40,098 bases of DNA, from contig JBPCJI010000080.1 of the NCBI GenBank assembly GCA_051005475.1, positions 1 through 40,098 of the forward strand, read 5' to 3'. This DNA is from Thermoleophilaceae bacterium. Its GTDB lineage: Bacteria; Actinomycetota; Thermoleophilia; Solirubrobacterales; Thermoleophilaceae. Made by a program: the position numbers and the translations under genes. Shown here one piece after another: positions 25,875-32,834 of this stretch. Every line of letters starts with the position of its first letter. The first letter of the stretch is position 1. The notes under the pieces were generated by a model. It did not search any database, was not told where the DNA came from, and worked only from the letters and a program-made list of their open reading frames with translations.

Positions 25875-27118
25875 AGACGCACCAGGTTCGGCGCCTCGAT
25901 TCCCCTCGTGACACCGCGAAAGTCCACCACGAGCGGGGCCGCCCGGACCACCCCCTCCACATCGAGCTCCGGGTGGGCGGTCACGATCACGGCGACGTCG
26001 GCGCTTTCCAGCGCCGCCTCGAGTGGCTCCGAGCGCAGGCCGAACTCCGGCAGCTCGCGGACGTGGTCGTCGTGGAAGACGAGGTCGGCTCCGCTCTTTG
26101 CCAGCAACCCCATGATCTTGATCGCGGGCGACTCCCGCAGGTCCCCCACTCCGGGCTTGTAGGCCACCCCGAGGATCACGACCCGAGAGCCGCGCACCGG
26201 CTTCGATCTGTCGTTAAGGGCGCGTGCCACCCGCTCGACGCAGAACTCGGGCATCCGCTGGTTGACCTCGCCCGCCAGCTCCACGAACTCCGTGGGCTGG
26301 CCGTACTCGCGCGCCTTCCAGGACAGGTAGAACGGGTCAACGGGGAGGCAGTGGCCGCCCATCCCGGGCCCAGGGTCGAATCGCATGAAGCCGTACGGCT
26401 TGGAGCTCGCCGCTTCCACCACCTCCCACACGTCGATTCCCATCCGGTCACAGAGCATCGCCAGCTCGTTCACGAGCGCGATGTTCACGGAGCGAAAGAC
26501 GTTCTCCAGCAGCTTGGCCAGCTCCGCCGGCTCGGGCCCCGACACCTTCACGATCTCGTCGCACACCAGCCCGTAGAGGCCCACCGCACGGTCGAGGCAG
26601 GCAGGCGTCAGCCCGCCGACGATCTTGGGCGTGCCCCGAAGCGTGAAGTCCGTACGGCCCGGGTCGACCCGCTCGGGCGAGTATGCGAGGTTGAAGTCCC
26701 GGCCGGCGGCGAGGCCCGACTCCTCGAGCAACGGCGCGAGCCGCTCGCGGGTCGTGCCGGGGTAGGTGGTGGACTCGAGCACCACGAGCTGGCCCTCGCG
26801 GAGCACCCTCGCGACCGAGGTGCCGGCGGCCACGAGCGGCCCGAGGTCCGGCTCACGGTTGCGTGTGAGGGGGGTGGGCACGGCGATCAGGATCGCCTCG
26901 CACGTGGCGAGCCGGTCGTACCCGGTCGCGACTTCGAGCCGCTCCCTAATCGCGCCGAGGCGCTGCGAGGGCACATCCTCGATGTAACTCTCACCGCGGG
27001 TGAGGGCCGTCACCTTGCGCGGATCCGCGTCGACCCCCAGGACGTCGTGCCCCTCCTCGGCGAAGGCGAGCGCCAGCGGCAGGCCGACGTACCCCAGCCC
27101 GACGACTCCCACCCTCAC
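25871..27118 (-). CDS. UDP-N-acetyl-D-hexosamine 6-dehydrogenase (nucleotide-sugar dehydrogenase, WecC/WbpA-like)
   Basis: VRVGVVGLGYVGLPLALAFAEEGHDVLGVD is followed by the catalytic-Cys block GMGGHCLPVDP. I prefer GTG 27118 (GGAG 8 nt upstream, no overlap with wecB) over the tracked ATG 27190. Confidence 0.9.
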   Translation of the reverse strand: MRVGVVGLGYVGLPLALAFAEEGHDVLGVDADPRKVTALTRGESYIEDVPSQRLGAIRERLEVATGYDRLATCEAILIAVPTPLTRNREPDLGPLVAAGTSVARVLREGQLVVLESTTYPGTTRERLAPLLEESGLAAGRDFNLAYSPERVDPGRTDFTLRGTPKIVGGLTPACLDRAVGLYGLVCDEIVKVSGPEPAELAKLLENVFRSVNIALVNELAMLCDRMGIDVWEVVEAASSKPYGFMRFDPGPGMGGHCLPVDPFYLSWKAREYGQPTEFVELAGEVNQRMPEFCVERVARALNDRSKPVRGSRVVILGVAYKPGVGDLRESPAIKIMGLLAKSGADLVFHDDHVRELPEFGLRSEPLEAALESADVAVIVTAHPELDVEGVVRAAPLVVDFRGVTRGIEAPNLVRL

Positions 27119-27137
27119 CTCATGTGCTCCAATCGGG

Positions 27138-28217
27138 TCATCGCCGCGCAGTGTAGGCGCCGAGCACGTCTCGGATGCGCTCGGCGGCACGACCGCCGCC
27201 GTACAGCTCGGGCCGTCCGCCGTCCGGGACCGGCCGCGCCACGGCCTCGAGGGCGGCGGCGGGGTCGAGCCCCGCGAGCGTGTTCCAGCCCGACTCCACC
27301 GTCTCGACCCACTCGGTGTTCTCGCGCAGGGTCACGCACGGGACCCCGAGCAGATAGGCCTCCTTCTGCACCCCGCCGGAGTCGGTGAGGATCGCCCGTG
27401 CGTGCATGGCCACCTTCATGAAGTCGAGGTAGCCGAGCGGTGGGGTCAGGCGCAGGAGCGGAAGCCTGTCCAGCCGCTCTCGCAGGCCTGCCGTCTCGAG
27501 CCGGGCAGCCGTGCGCGGATGCAGCGGCAGGAGGGTGGGTAGCGGCAGCGCCTCGAGCAACTCGACCAGCCGCTCGAGACGTTCGGGGTCATCGACGTTT
27601 CCCGGACGGTGCGCGGTCACCACGAGATATCCCCCCTCCTCCAGCCCGTAGTCCTCGAGCGCTCTCGAGCGCTCTTCGGCGATCGGCCGGAAGGCCAGCG
27701 AGACGTCCGCCATCACGTCCCCCACCAGATGCGACTCCCCGGACGCGGCCTCCCGGTTCAGGTTGGCGACGGCGGTCTCGGTCGAGCACAGCAGCAGGTC
27801 GCTCGCGTGATCGGTCAACACGCGATTGAGCTCCTCCGGCATGGCGCGGTCGAAGGAGCGCATGCCGGCCTCCACATGTCCGACCGGCACGCGGGCCTGG
27901 GCCGCGGCGAGGGCGGCGGCGAGGGTGGAGTTGGTGTCACCGTAGACGAGCACGAGGTCGGGGGCGGTGTCGGCGAGCACGCCCTCCAGCAGGCCGAGCA
28001 TGCGGGCGGTCTGCTCGGTGTTCGAGCCTCCGCCCGCGCCGAGCCGGCGATCGGGCGCCGGCACGCCGAGCTCCTCGAAGAAGACCCGCGAGAGCTCGTC
28101 GTCGTAGTGCTGCCCGGTGTGCACCAGGACCTCTTCGTGGCGCTCGCGCAGCAGGCGCGAGACCGCTGCCGCCTTGACGAACTGCGGTCGGTTGCCGATG
28201 ACGGTCAGAATGCGCAC
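27138..28217 (-). CDS. wecB: UDP-N-acetylglucosamine 2-epimerase (non-hydrolysing)
   Basis: 359 aa with a GTG start. Motifs are MRILTVIGNRPQFVKAAAV, HTGQHYD, LVYGDTNSTLA and DSGGVQKEA. No SD precedes the start. A TAGCTT hexamer (28233..28228, minus strand) lies 10 nt upstream. Confidence 0.92.
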   Translation of the reverse strand: MRILTVIGNRPQFVKAAAVSRLLRERHEEVLVHTGQHYDDELSRVFFEELGVPAPDRRLGAGGGSNTEQTARMLGLLEGVLADTAPDLVLVYGDTNSTLAAALAAAQARVPVGHVEAGMRSFDRAMPEELNRVLTDHASDLLLCSTETAVANLNREAASGESHLVGDVMADVSLAFRPIAEERSRALEDYGLEEGGYLVVTAHRPGNVDDPERLERLVELLEALPLPTLLPLHPRTAARLETAGLRERLDRLPLLRLTPPLGYLDFMKVAMHARAILTDSGGVQKEAYLLGVPCVTLRENTEWVETVESGWNTLAGLDPAAALEAVARPVPDGGRPELYGGGRAAERIRDVLGAYTARR

Positions 28218-28251
28218 GATGGGCAGAAAGCTATTGGGAGGAGCCGTCGGC

Positions 28252-28347
28252 GTGCTGGCCGTGGTGGGCGACGTGGTGCGCCACGCCGCCTGGTACGTGC
28301 GCTACCACGTGGACGGCACCCCGCGAAGGGAGAGCCCACGGGAGTGA
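28252..28347 (+). CDS. Candidate 31-aa small ORF (MLAVVGDVVRHAAWYVRYHVDGTPRRESPRE)
   Basis: A strong SD, GGGAGGAG (28236-28243), lies 8 nt before GTG 28252. Of the 30 sense codons after the GTG start, 28 end in G/C, whereas the 11 in-frame codons before the GTG do not show this. No gene lies on the opposite strand to explain the periodicity. No promoter was identified, and the ORF is divergent from wecB with almost no spacer. Confidence 0.3.
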   Translation: MLAVVGDVVRHAAWYVRYHVDGTPRRESPRE

Positions 28348-28354
28348 GGGAGAT

Positions 28355-28466
28355 AAATGGTCCGGTGCTCGCGGGATCAACGATCCCGCTGCGCTCCTCC
28401 CCCGGGAGGTAAATGGTCCGGTGCTCGCGGGACCAGCGATCCCGCTGCGCTCCTCCCCCGGGAGGT
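28355..28466. repeat. Tandem 56-bp direct repeat (two copies, 54/56 identical) with internal hairpins, plus a rearranged partial third copy to 28493
   Basis: Copy 1 is 28355-28410 and copy 2 is 28411-28466, differing at T28377/C28433 and A28380/G28436. Each unit holds GCGGGATC-AAC-GATCCCGC (8-bp stem in copy 1) and CCTCC-CCCG-GGAGG. Positions 28470-28493 repeat GTGCTCGCGG and GGTCCGGTGCT in swapped order. Confidence 0.9.
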
Positions 28467-28491
28467 CAAGTGCTCGCGGATGGGTCCGGTG

Positions 28492-29286
28492 CTATTTGGC
28501 CAGCGCCTGCTCGACGTGCGCGCGAAACGCGGCGGCGGCCTTGCGGGTGACCTCGCCGGGCGCAGGGAGCTCGGTGTCCTCGATCGCCGCCACCGGCTGC
28601 ACCTCGCGCGTGGTGGACGCCAGAAACGCCTCGCGGGCGCCGAGCAGCTCCTCGGAGGTGACCGGGCGCTCGGTGACCTCCACGAGCCGGGTGAGGTGGT
28701 CACGGGTGATCGAGGCGAGGATGCGCTCCCCCAGCGACGGCGTGCAGAGAACGCCGCTCTGCTCGACCCAGAAGATCGAAGAGGTGGGCGCCTCGAGCAC
28801 CCGGCCGTGCGGCGTGACCATCAGCGCCTCGTCGAACCCCCGCTCGCGGGCGAGCTGCGTACAGAGCACGTTGGCCGCATACGACAGGGACTTGACGCCG
28901 TCGAGCACGCGCGTGGGGGCGTAGGTCACGAATCCCAGGCGTATGCGCTCCGGGGACGGCGGCAGCGGCTCGGTGATCAGCAACCGCCTGGCGCCCCGCG
29001 TCATGACGAGGCGCAGGCAGCCGTCGAAGTCGCTCCCTCCGCGCGCCTCGAGCAGCTCTGCCGCCTCCCGCTGGTAGTCCGCCCGCGGGAACGGCTCGTC
29101 GAGCCGGAGAGCGGCGGCCGAGTGGGCCATCCGGTCGAGGTGCTCGTCGAGGGCGTAGGGACGGCCGTCGTAGACCCGCACGACCTCGAAGGCACCGTAT
29201 CCGCGCAGGAGCCCCTCGTCGGTCACCGGGATCGAGGTCTCGGCGGCCGGGGCGATCGAACCGTTGAGGCAGGCGAGCTCGGCCAT
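28492..29286 (-). CDS. Fold-type IV (class IV) PLP aminotransferase / aminodeoxychorismate-lyase family protein
   Basis: MAELACLNGSIAPAAETSIPVTDEGLLRGYGAFEVVRVYDGRPYALDEHLDRM is the typical class IV N-terminus. I use ATG 29286 instead of the tracked ATG 29376, which lies only 28 nt from the tRNA. Confidence 0.8.
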   Translation of the reverse strand: MAELACLNGSIAPAAETSIPVTDEGLLRGYGAFEVVRVYDGRPYALDEHLDRMAHSAAALRLDEPFPRADYQREAAELLEARGGSDFDGCLRLVMTRGARRLLITEPLPPSPERIRLGFVTYAPTRVLDGVKSLSYAANVLCTQLARERGFDEALMVTPHGRVLEAPTSSIFWVEQSGVLCTPSLGERILASITRDHLTRLVEVTERPVTSEELLGAREAFLASTTREVQPVAAIEDTELPAPGEVTRKAAAAFRAHVEQALAK

Positions 29287-29404
29287 CGCCGACGTCACCG
29301 ACCGATCCGCGGTTACCGGCGGGCCGCTTCCAGACCGGGATGCCCCAAGCGCCTCGGATCGGCGGGCGATGATCACAGGATCGGCACGCGGGTCTGGGCG
29401 GTCA

Positions 29405-29477
29405 TGGGCCGTGAAGGACTTGAACCTTCAACCTTGAGATTAAGAGTCTCCTGCTCTACCAGTTGAGCTAACGGCCC
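29405..29477 (-). tRNA. tRNA-Lys (anticodon CTT)
   Basis: Folded by hand on the minus strand: acceptor GGGCCGT/ACGGCCC, D arm GCTC-AACTGGTA-GAGC, anticodon arm GGAGA-CTCTTAA-TCTCA (one G-A mismatch at 27:43), variable loop AGGTT, T arm GAAGG-TTCAAGT-CCTTC, discriminator A. CCA is not encoded. Confidence 0.9.
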
Positions 29478-29512
29478 CGGCGAAACGGGTGCTCCCGCAG
29501 GAGCCGGCCCCG

Positions 29513-29518
29513 ATTGTA
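29513..29518 (-). promoter_or_regulatory. Candidate -10 box TACAAT upstream of tRNA-Lys
   Basis: TACAAT on the minus strand lies 35 nt upstream of the mature tRNA 5' end, immediately after the STAS gene stop. A small GCTCC-CGCA-GGAGC hairpin (29491-29504) lies between the two. Confidence 0.3.
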
Positions 29519-29519
29519 G

Positions 29520-29918
29520 TTACCCCGTGCCGGGCTCGAGGGATCCGAGCGCCGCCTCACGCGTGGGGTGGATCGGGAAGACGCGATCGAGGCCCGTGAT
29601 CTCGAAGATCTTCGTGATGTTCTCATCCGTGCACACGAGCGTCAGCGAGCCGCCGGCCGGGCGCAGGCGCTTGACTCCCCCCACGAGGACTCCCAGCGTG
29701 GTGGAGTCGATGAAGGTGGCCTGCGTAAGGTCCACGACGATCTCCTTCTTGCCGCCGTCGATCAGCTGGACCATCCGCTCCTTGAACTCGGGCGCGGTGT
29801 AGAGATCGATCTCCCCGCCGAGCTCGATGACATGGGTCCGGTCGTCGATTTCCTCGTCCTGGATGTGGAAGTTCAACTCGTTCTCCTGGTCGTAGCGACT
29901 CGGCCGCGAGGGCGGCAC
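29520..29918 (-). CDS. STAS-domain anti-sigma-factor antagonist (SpoIIAA/RsbV-like)
   Basis: 132 aa. HVIELGGEIDLYTAPEFKERMVQLIDGGKKEIVVDLTQATFIDSTTLGVLVGGVKRL contains the conserved phosphorylatable Ser context (DST). No kinase or phosphatase partner is adjacent. Confidence 0.85.
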   Translation of the reverse strand: MPPSRPSRYDQENELNFHIQDEEIDDRTHVIELGGEIDLYTAPEFKERMVQLIDGGKKEIVVDLTQATFIDSTTLGVLVGGVKRLRPAGGSLTLVCTDENITKIFEITGLDRVFPIHPTREAALGSLEPGTG

Positions 29919-29934
29919 GCCACTCTAGCGCCCG

Positions 29935-30639
29935 TCAGGGCGTGGTCGCTCCGCCCTGGGGCTGACCACCCTGCTGTTGAGCTCCCTGAGCTTGGGACTG
30001 GGCCTGCAGCTTTGCCTGCTCGACCTCGGCCCGCGTCTGCTTGCGCTCGCCCTTCGGCGCGAGGTCGACCGCCTTCTGACCGGCCAGGTCCGCCAGACGG
30101 GTGTCACCGGCAAGCGCCGCGTACTGGACGAGGTTGACATAGGCCTGCGATTCCTCCTCGTTCTCGGCGATCAGCCGCGCCACCGCCAGGGCCTCCTTGG
30201 GCTGCTTGAGCGCCATCGGATCGTAGACCTGGAGCATCAACCGCGCCAGCGAGGTGTCGGGCTTGTCGGGCTCGAGTGCGAGGTAGGCCTGCCAGTTTCG
30301 CGAGGACTTCCTCAGCTCGTCCCTGGCGGCGTCCGGATACCCGACCTGAGCATCGGTCGTCTGCGCGTTGGCGAGCTGGAAGTAGTCCCGCACGAGGGCC
30401 TTGCGCGCGGCCTCGTTGCGTGGATTGGACCTGAGGCTCTTCTCGTTGCGGTCGACCCGCTCCTGGACGAGGTTGTTCCCGCCACCGGACCCGGAGCGGT
30501 CGCTGAAGGCGTCGAAGAGGCCGCCCGAGACGTCGCCGCCGATCCCGAACAGCACGAGCCCGCCACCCATCAGGACGGCCAGGCCCAGGTAGACGACTTG
30601 CACCAACCGGCGGCGCTTGCCCTGCAGGTCGAACAGCAT
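29935..30639 (-). CDS. Hypothetical membrane-anchored protein (single N-terminal TM helix, helical/TPR-like body, Gln-rich tail)
   Basis: 234 aa. The helix is VVYLGLAVLMGGGLVLFGIGG. The remainder is hydrophilic and predicted helical. It is co-oriented with tatC 16 nt upstream. The family is not recognised. Confidence 0.6.
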   Translation of the reverse strand: MLFDLQGKRRRLVQVVYLGLAVLMGGGLVLFGIGGDVSGGLFDAFSDRSGSGGGNNLVQERVDRNEKSLRSNPRNEAARKALVRDYFQLANAQTTDAQVGYPDAARDELRKSSRNWQAYLALEPDKPDTSLARLMLQVYDPMALKQPKEALAVARLIAENEEESQAYVNLVQYAALAGDTRLADLAGQKAVDLAPKGERKQTRAEVEQAKLQAQSQAQGAQQQGGQPQGGATTP

Positions 30640-30655
30640 GCGCCCGGGAGACTAG

Positions 30656-31423
30656 CTACGAGTCCTCGGCCGCGGTGGCCTCGGCAGGCGCCTCACCCTG
30701 CCCGCCGACCCACTGGGCGAGGACGATGCTGAACTCGTAGAGGATCAGCAGCGGGATCATCTCGAGGATCAAGGTGACGGGGTCGATCGTCGGCAGGAAG
30801 GCCGCCAGGACCGCGATCACGAGCACGGCGTAGCGGCGGTTCTTACGCAGCTTCTCGGGCGTTGTCACACCCAACTTCACCGCGGCCAGGATCGCCACCG
30901 GCACCTGGAAGCCGAGGCCCATCGCGACCATCGTCAGCGTGACGAAGCTGTAGTAGTCGCGCGCTCGGACCTGGGTGTTGAACTCGCTGCTGTTGAAGTC
31001 GAGCAGGAAGTCGGTGGCGGGCGGCAGCACCACGAAATAACAGAACACCACCCCCGCGATGAACAGGACGGGCACCATCAGCAGCAGCGGCGTGGCCACG
31101 CGGCGCTCCTTGGGGCTGAACGCCGGCAGGATGAACGCGTAGAGCTGGTACAGCAGGAACGGAAGGGCCAGCAGTATTCCGAAGTACGCCGCGTTCGTCA
31201 GCGTGGTGGTGAAGGGCTCGGTCACGCCGAACGTGATCGGCTCGGGCAGGTTCTCAGGCAGCGGCTTGTTGACGATCTCGAGGACGCGGTGGTTCTGCCA
31301 CGCGGTCAGCGAGAAGGTGACCCCGAACGCGATCGCGCAGAGGATCAGCCGAGAGCGCAGCTCGTCGAGATGGTCGACGAGCGCGAGCCGCTGCTCGTGT
31401 TCGATGGGCTTGATGCGCGGCAC
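30656..31423 (-). CDS. tatC: Twin-arginine translocase subunit TatC
   Basis: 255 aa. LVDHLDELRSRLI is at the N-terminus, and six hydrophobic helices follow in the TatC pattern. Confidence 0.92.
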   Translation of the reverse strand: MPRIKPIEHEQRLALVDHLDELRSRLILCAIAFGVTFSLTAWQNHRVLEIVNKPLPENLPEPITFGVTEPFTTTLTNAAYFGILLALPFLLYQLYAFILPAFSPKERRVATPLLLMVPVLFIAGVVFCYFVVLPPATDFLLDFNSSEFNTQVRARDYYSFVTLTMVAMGLGFQVPVAILAAVKLGVTTPEKLRKNRRYAVLVIAVLAAFLPTIDPVTLILEMIPLLILYEFSIVLAQWVGGQGEAPAEATAAEDS

Positions 31424-31459
31424 GGAGTCCGCGACCTCCGCTTCGGTCCGGCGAGGGCC

Positions 31460-31693
31460 CTAGGAGCTCTGGCCGCCGGCGGGCGTGGCCTCGGACTTCT
31501 CCGCGCGGACCGGCTCCGGCTTCTTGTCGCCGGCAGCGAGCTCCTGGTCATCGTCCTTGCCGGTGACGGAGTCCTTGAACTGCTTCATCCCGCTACCCAG
31601 CGAACGGCCCAGGTCGGGCAGGCGCTTGGGCCCGAAGATGACGAGCACGATAACGAGGATGATGGCGATCTCGGGAAGGCCGGGAGTAGGCAT
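31460..31693 (-). CDS. tatA: Twin-arginine translocase subunit TatA/E
   Basis: 77 aa. GLPEIAIILVIVLVIFGPKRLPDLGRSLG is the canonical TatA TM helix plus hinge, followed by an amphipathic helix. Confidence 0.9.
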   Translation of the reverse strand: MPTPGLPEIAIILVIVLVIFGPKRLPDLGRSLGSGMKQFKDSVTGKDDDQELAAGDKKPEPVRAEKSEATPAGGQSS

Positions 31694-31759
31694 ATGAGGC
31701 TCCTGAGCAGATTCGGGGCCGCGGCTACCGGCCCGTTCAGGGCCGATCGCGGACTTTCC

Positions 31760-31765
31760 ATTGTA
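31760..31765 (-). promoter_or_regulatory. Candidate -10 box TACAAT for tatA-tatC
   Basis: TACAAT on the minus strand lies 66 nt upstream of the tatA ATG. A CGGCCC-TGAAC-GGGCCG hairpin (31729-31745) sits in the putative leader. Confidence 0.3.
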
Positions 31766-31801
31766 GCGTCGTGAGTCCTTCGAGGCGAACGGGCGCCCGG
31801 A

Positions 31802-32374
31802 TCAGTCGGGCTTGCGGAAGTTCTCGTGGAAACGGCTCGGCGTCGGCTCGCCCTGCCCTTGATACTTGCTCCCCGCGGCGGCCGACCCGTACGGGTGCTC
31901 GACCGGGCCGTCCATGCGCATGAAGGAGATCTGCCCGATCCGCATGGCCTCGTAGATCGTGATGGGGAGGTTGGCCACGTTGGAGAGCTCGAGCGTGAGG
32001 TTGCCCGAAAACCCCGGGTCGACGAAGCCGGCGGTGGAGTGGATCAGTAGGCCGAGCCGACCGAGGGAGCTCTTGCCCTCCAGTCGCGCCACGAGGTCGT
32101 CCGGGAGCGTGACACGCTCGAGCGTCTGACCAAGCACGAACTCCCCCGGATGCAGGATGAACGGCTCCCCGTCCGCGACCTCCACGGGCTCGGTGAGACC
32201 CTCCATCGGCGCCCGGACGTCGATGAAGGGGTAGCGGGAGTTGCGAAAGACGCGGAAGCGCCGGTCCACGCGCACGTCGACGCTCGACGGCTGGACCAGG
32301 GAAGCGTCGTACGGATCGATGACGATTCGCCCGGCGTCGATCTCCGCGCGGATGGTGCGGTCGCTGAGAACCAC
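31802..32374 (-). CDS. dcd: dCTP deaminase
   Basis: 190 aa. [45 protein letters not shown] and [11 protein letters not shown] are the standard Dcd blocks. Confidence 0.92.
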   Translation of the reverse strand: MVLSDRTIRAEIDAGRIVIDPYDASLVQPSSVDVRVDRRFRVFRNSRYPFIDVRAPMEGLTEPVEVADGEPFILHPGEFVLGQTLERVTLPDDLVARLEGKSSLGRLGLLIHSTAGFVDPGFSGNLTLELSNVANLPITIYEAMRIGQISFMRMDGPVEHPYGSAAAGSKYQGQGEPTPSRFHENFRKPD

Positions 32375-32438
32375 GGCGCCGCAGTCTATTCGTGGTCCTC
32401 AAGGATCGCGACGCTGTGCCGATACCTCGCCTAGAGCA

Positions 32439-32834
32439 ATGGACGGCAACGAGCAACAAGCCCACCACCACGTGAAGCACGTTCAGCTGCCGAGCGGGAA
32501 GATGATCGAGGTCATCCACTTCGGCGATGTCGTCGAGCAGGGCGGCGAGCTCCACCTGTGCCGCGGCTGCGGGTCCGAACTGGTTCACCCCACCTACTGG
32601 AGCGAGGCCGGGAAGAGCTCGTGGGAGGTCACGCTGCGCTGCCCCGAGTGCGAGGAGATCCGCGCGGGCACCTTCGACCAAGAGGCCGTCGACGCCTTCG
32701 ACGAGCAGCTCGACCTCGGCACCGACGCCCTGGCCCACGACCTCGCCCGGCTCACGCACGCGAACATGGCCGAGGAGGCGCGGCGCTTCGTGGCGGCCCT
32801 GGCAGTGGACGCGATCCTGCCCGAAGACTTCTAG
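32439..32834 (+). CDS. Hypothetical small zinc-ribbon protein (CxxC...CxxC)
   Basis: 131 aa from ATG 32439. The tracked start at 32241 runs antisense through dcd. GC3 is strongly biased. Cys pairs are LCRGCGSELVHP...LRCPECEE, followed by an acidic helical C-terminus. No clear SD is present. Confidence 0.65.
   Translation: MDGNEQQAHHHVKHVQLPSGKMIEVIHFGDVVEQGGELHLCRGCGSELVHPTYWSEAGKSSWEVTLRCPECEEIRAGTFDQEAVDAFDEQLDLGTDALAHDLARLTHANMAEEARRFVAALAVDAILPEDF

Noticed and set aside
28355-28493. The tandem 56-bp repeats as a CRISPR array.
   Set aside because: The copies are directly adjacent with no spacers. There are only two full units and no cas genes in the window.
28492-29286. The class IV aminotransferase as the missing WbpE-type aminotransferase of the neighbouring sugar operon.
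   Set aside because: WbpE-type enzymes are DegT family (fold type I), whereas this protein has the fold-type IV (IlvE/PabC/Dat) N-terminus. It is also separated from wecB by a 274-bp structured spacer. It remains a remote possibility only.
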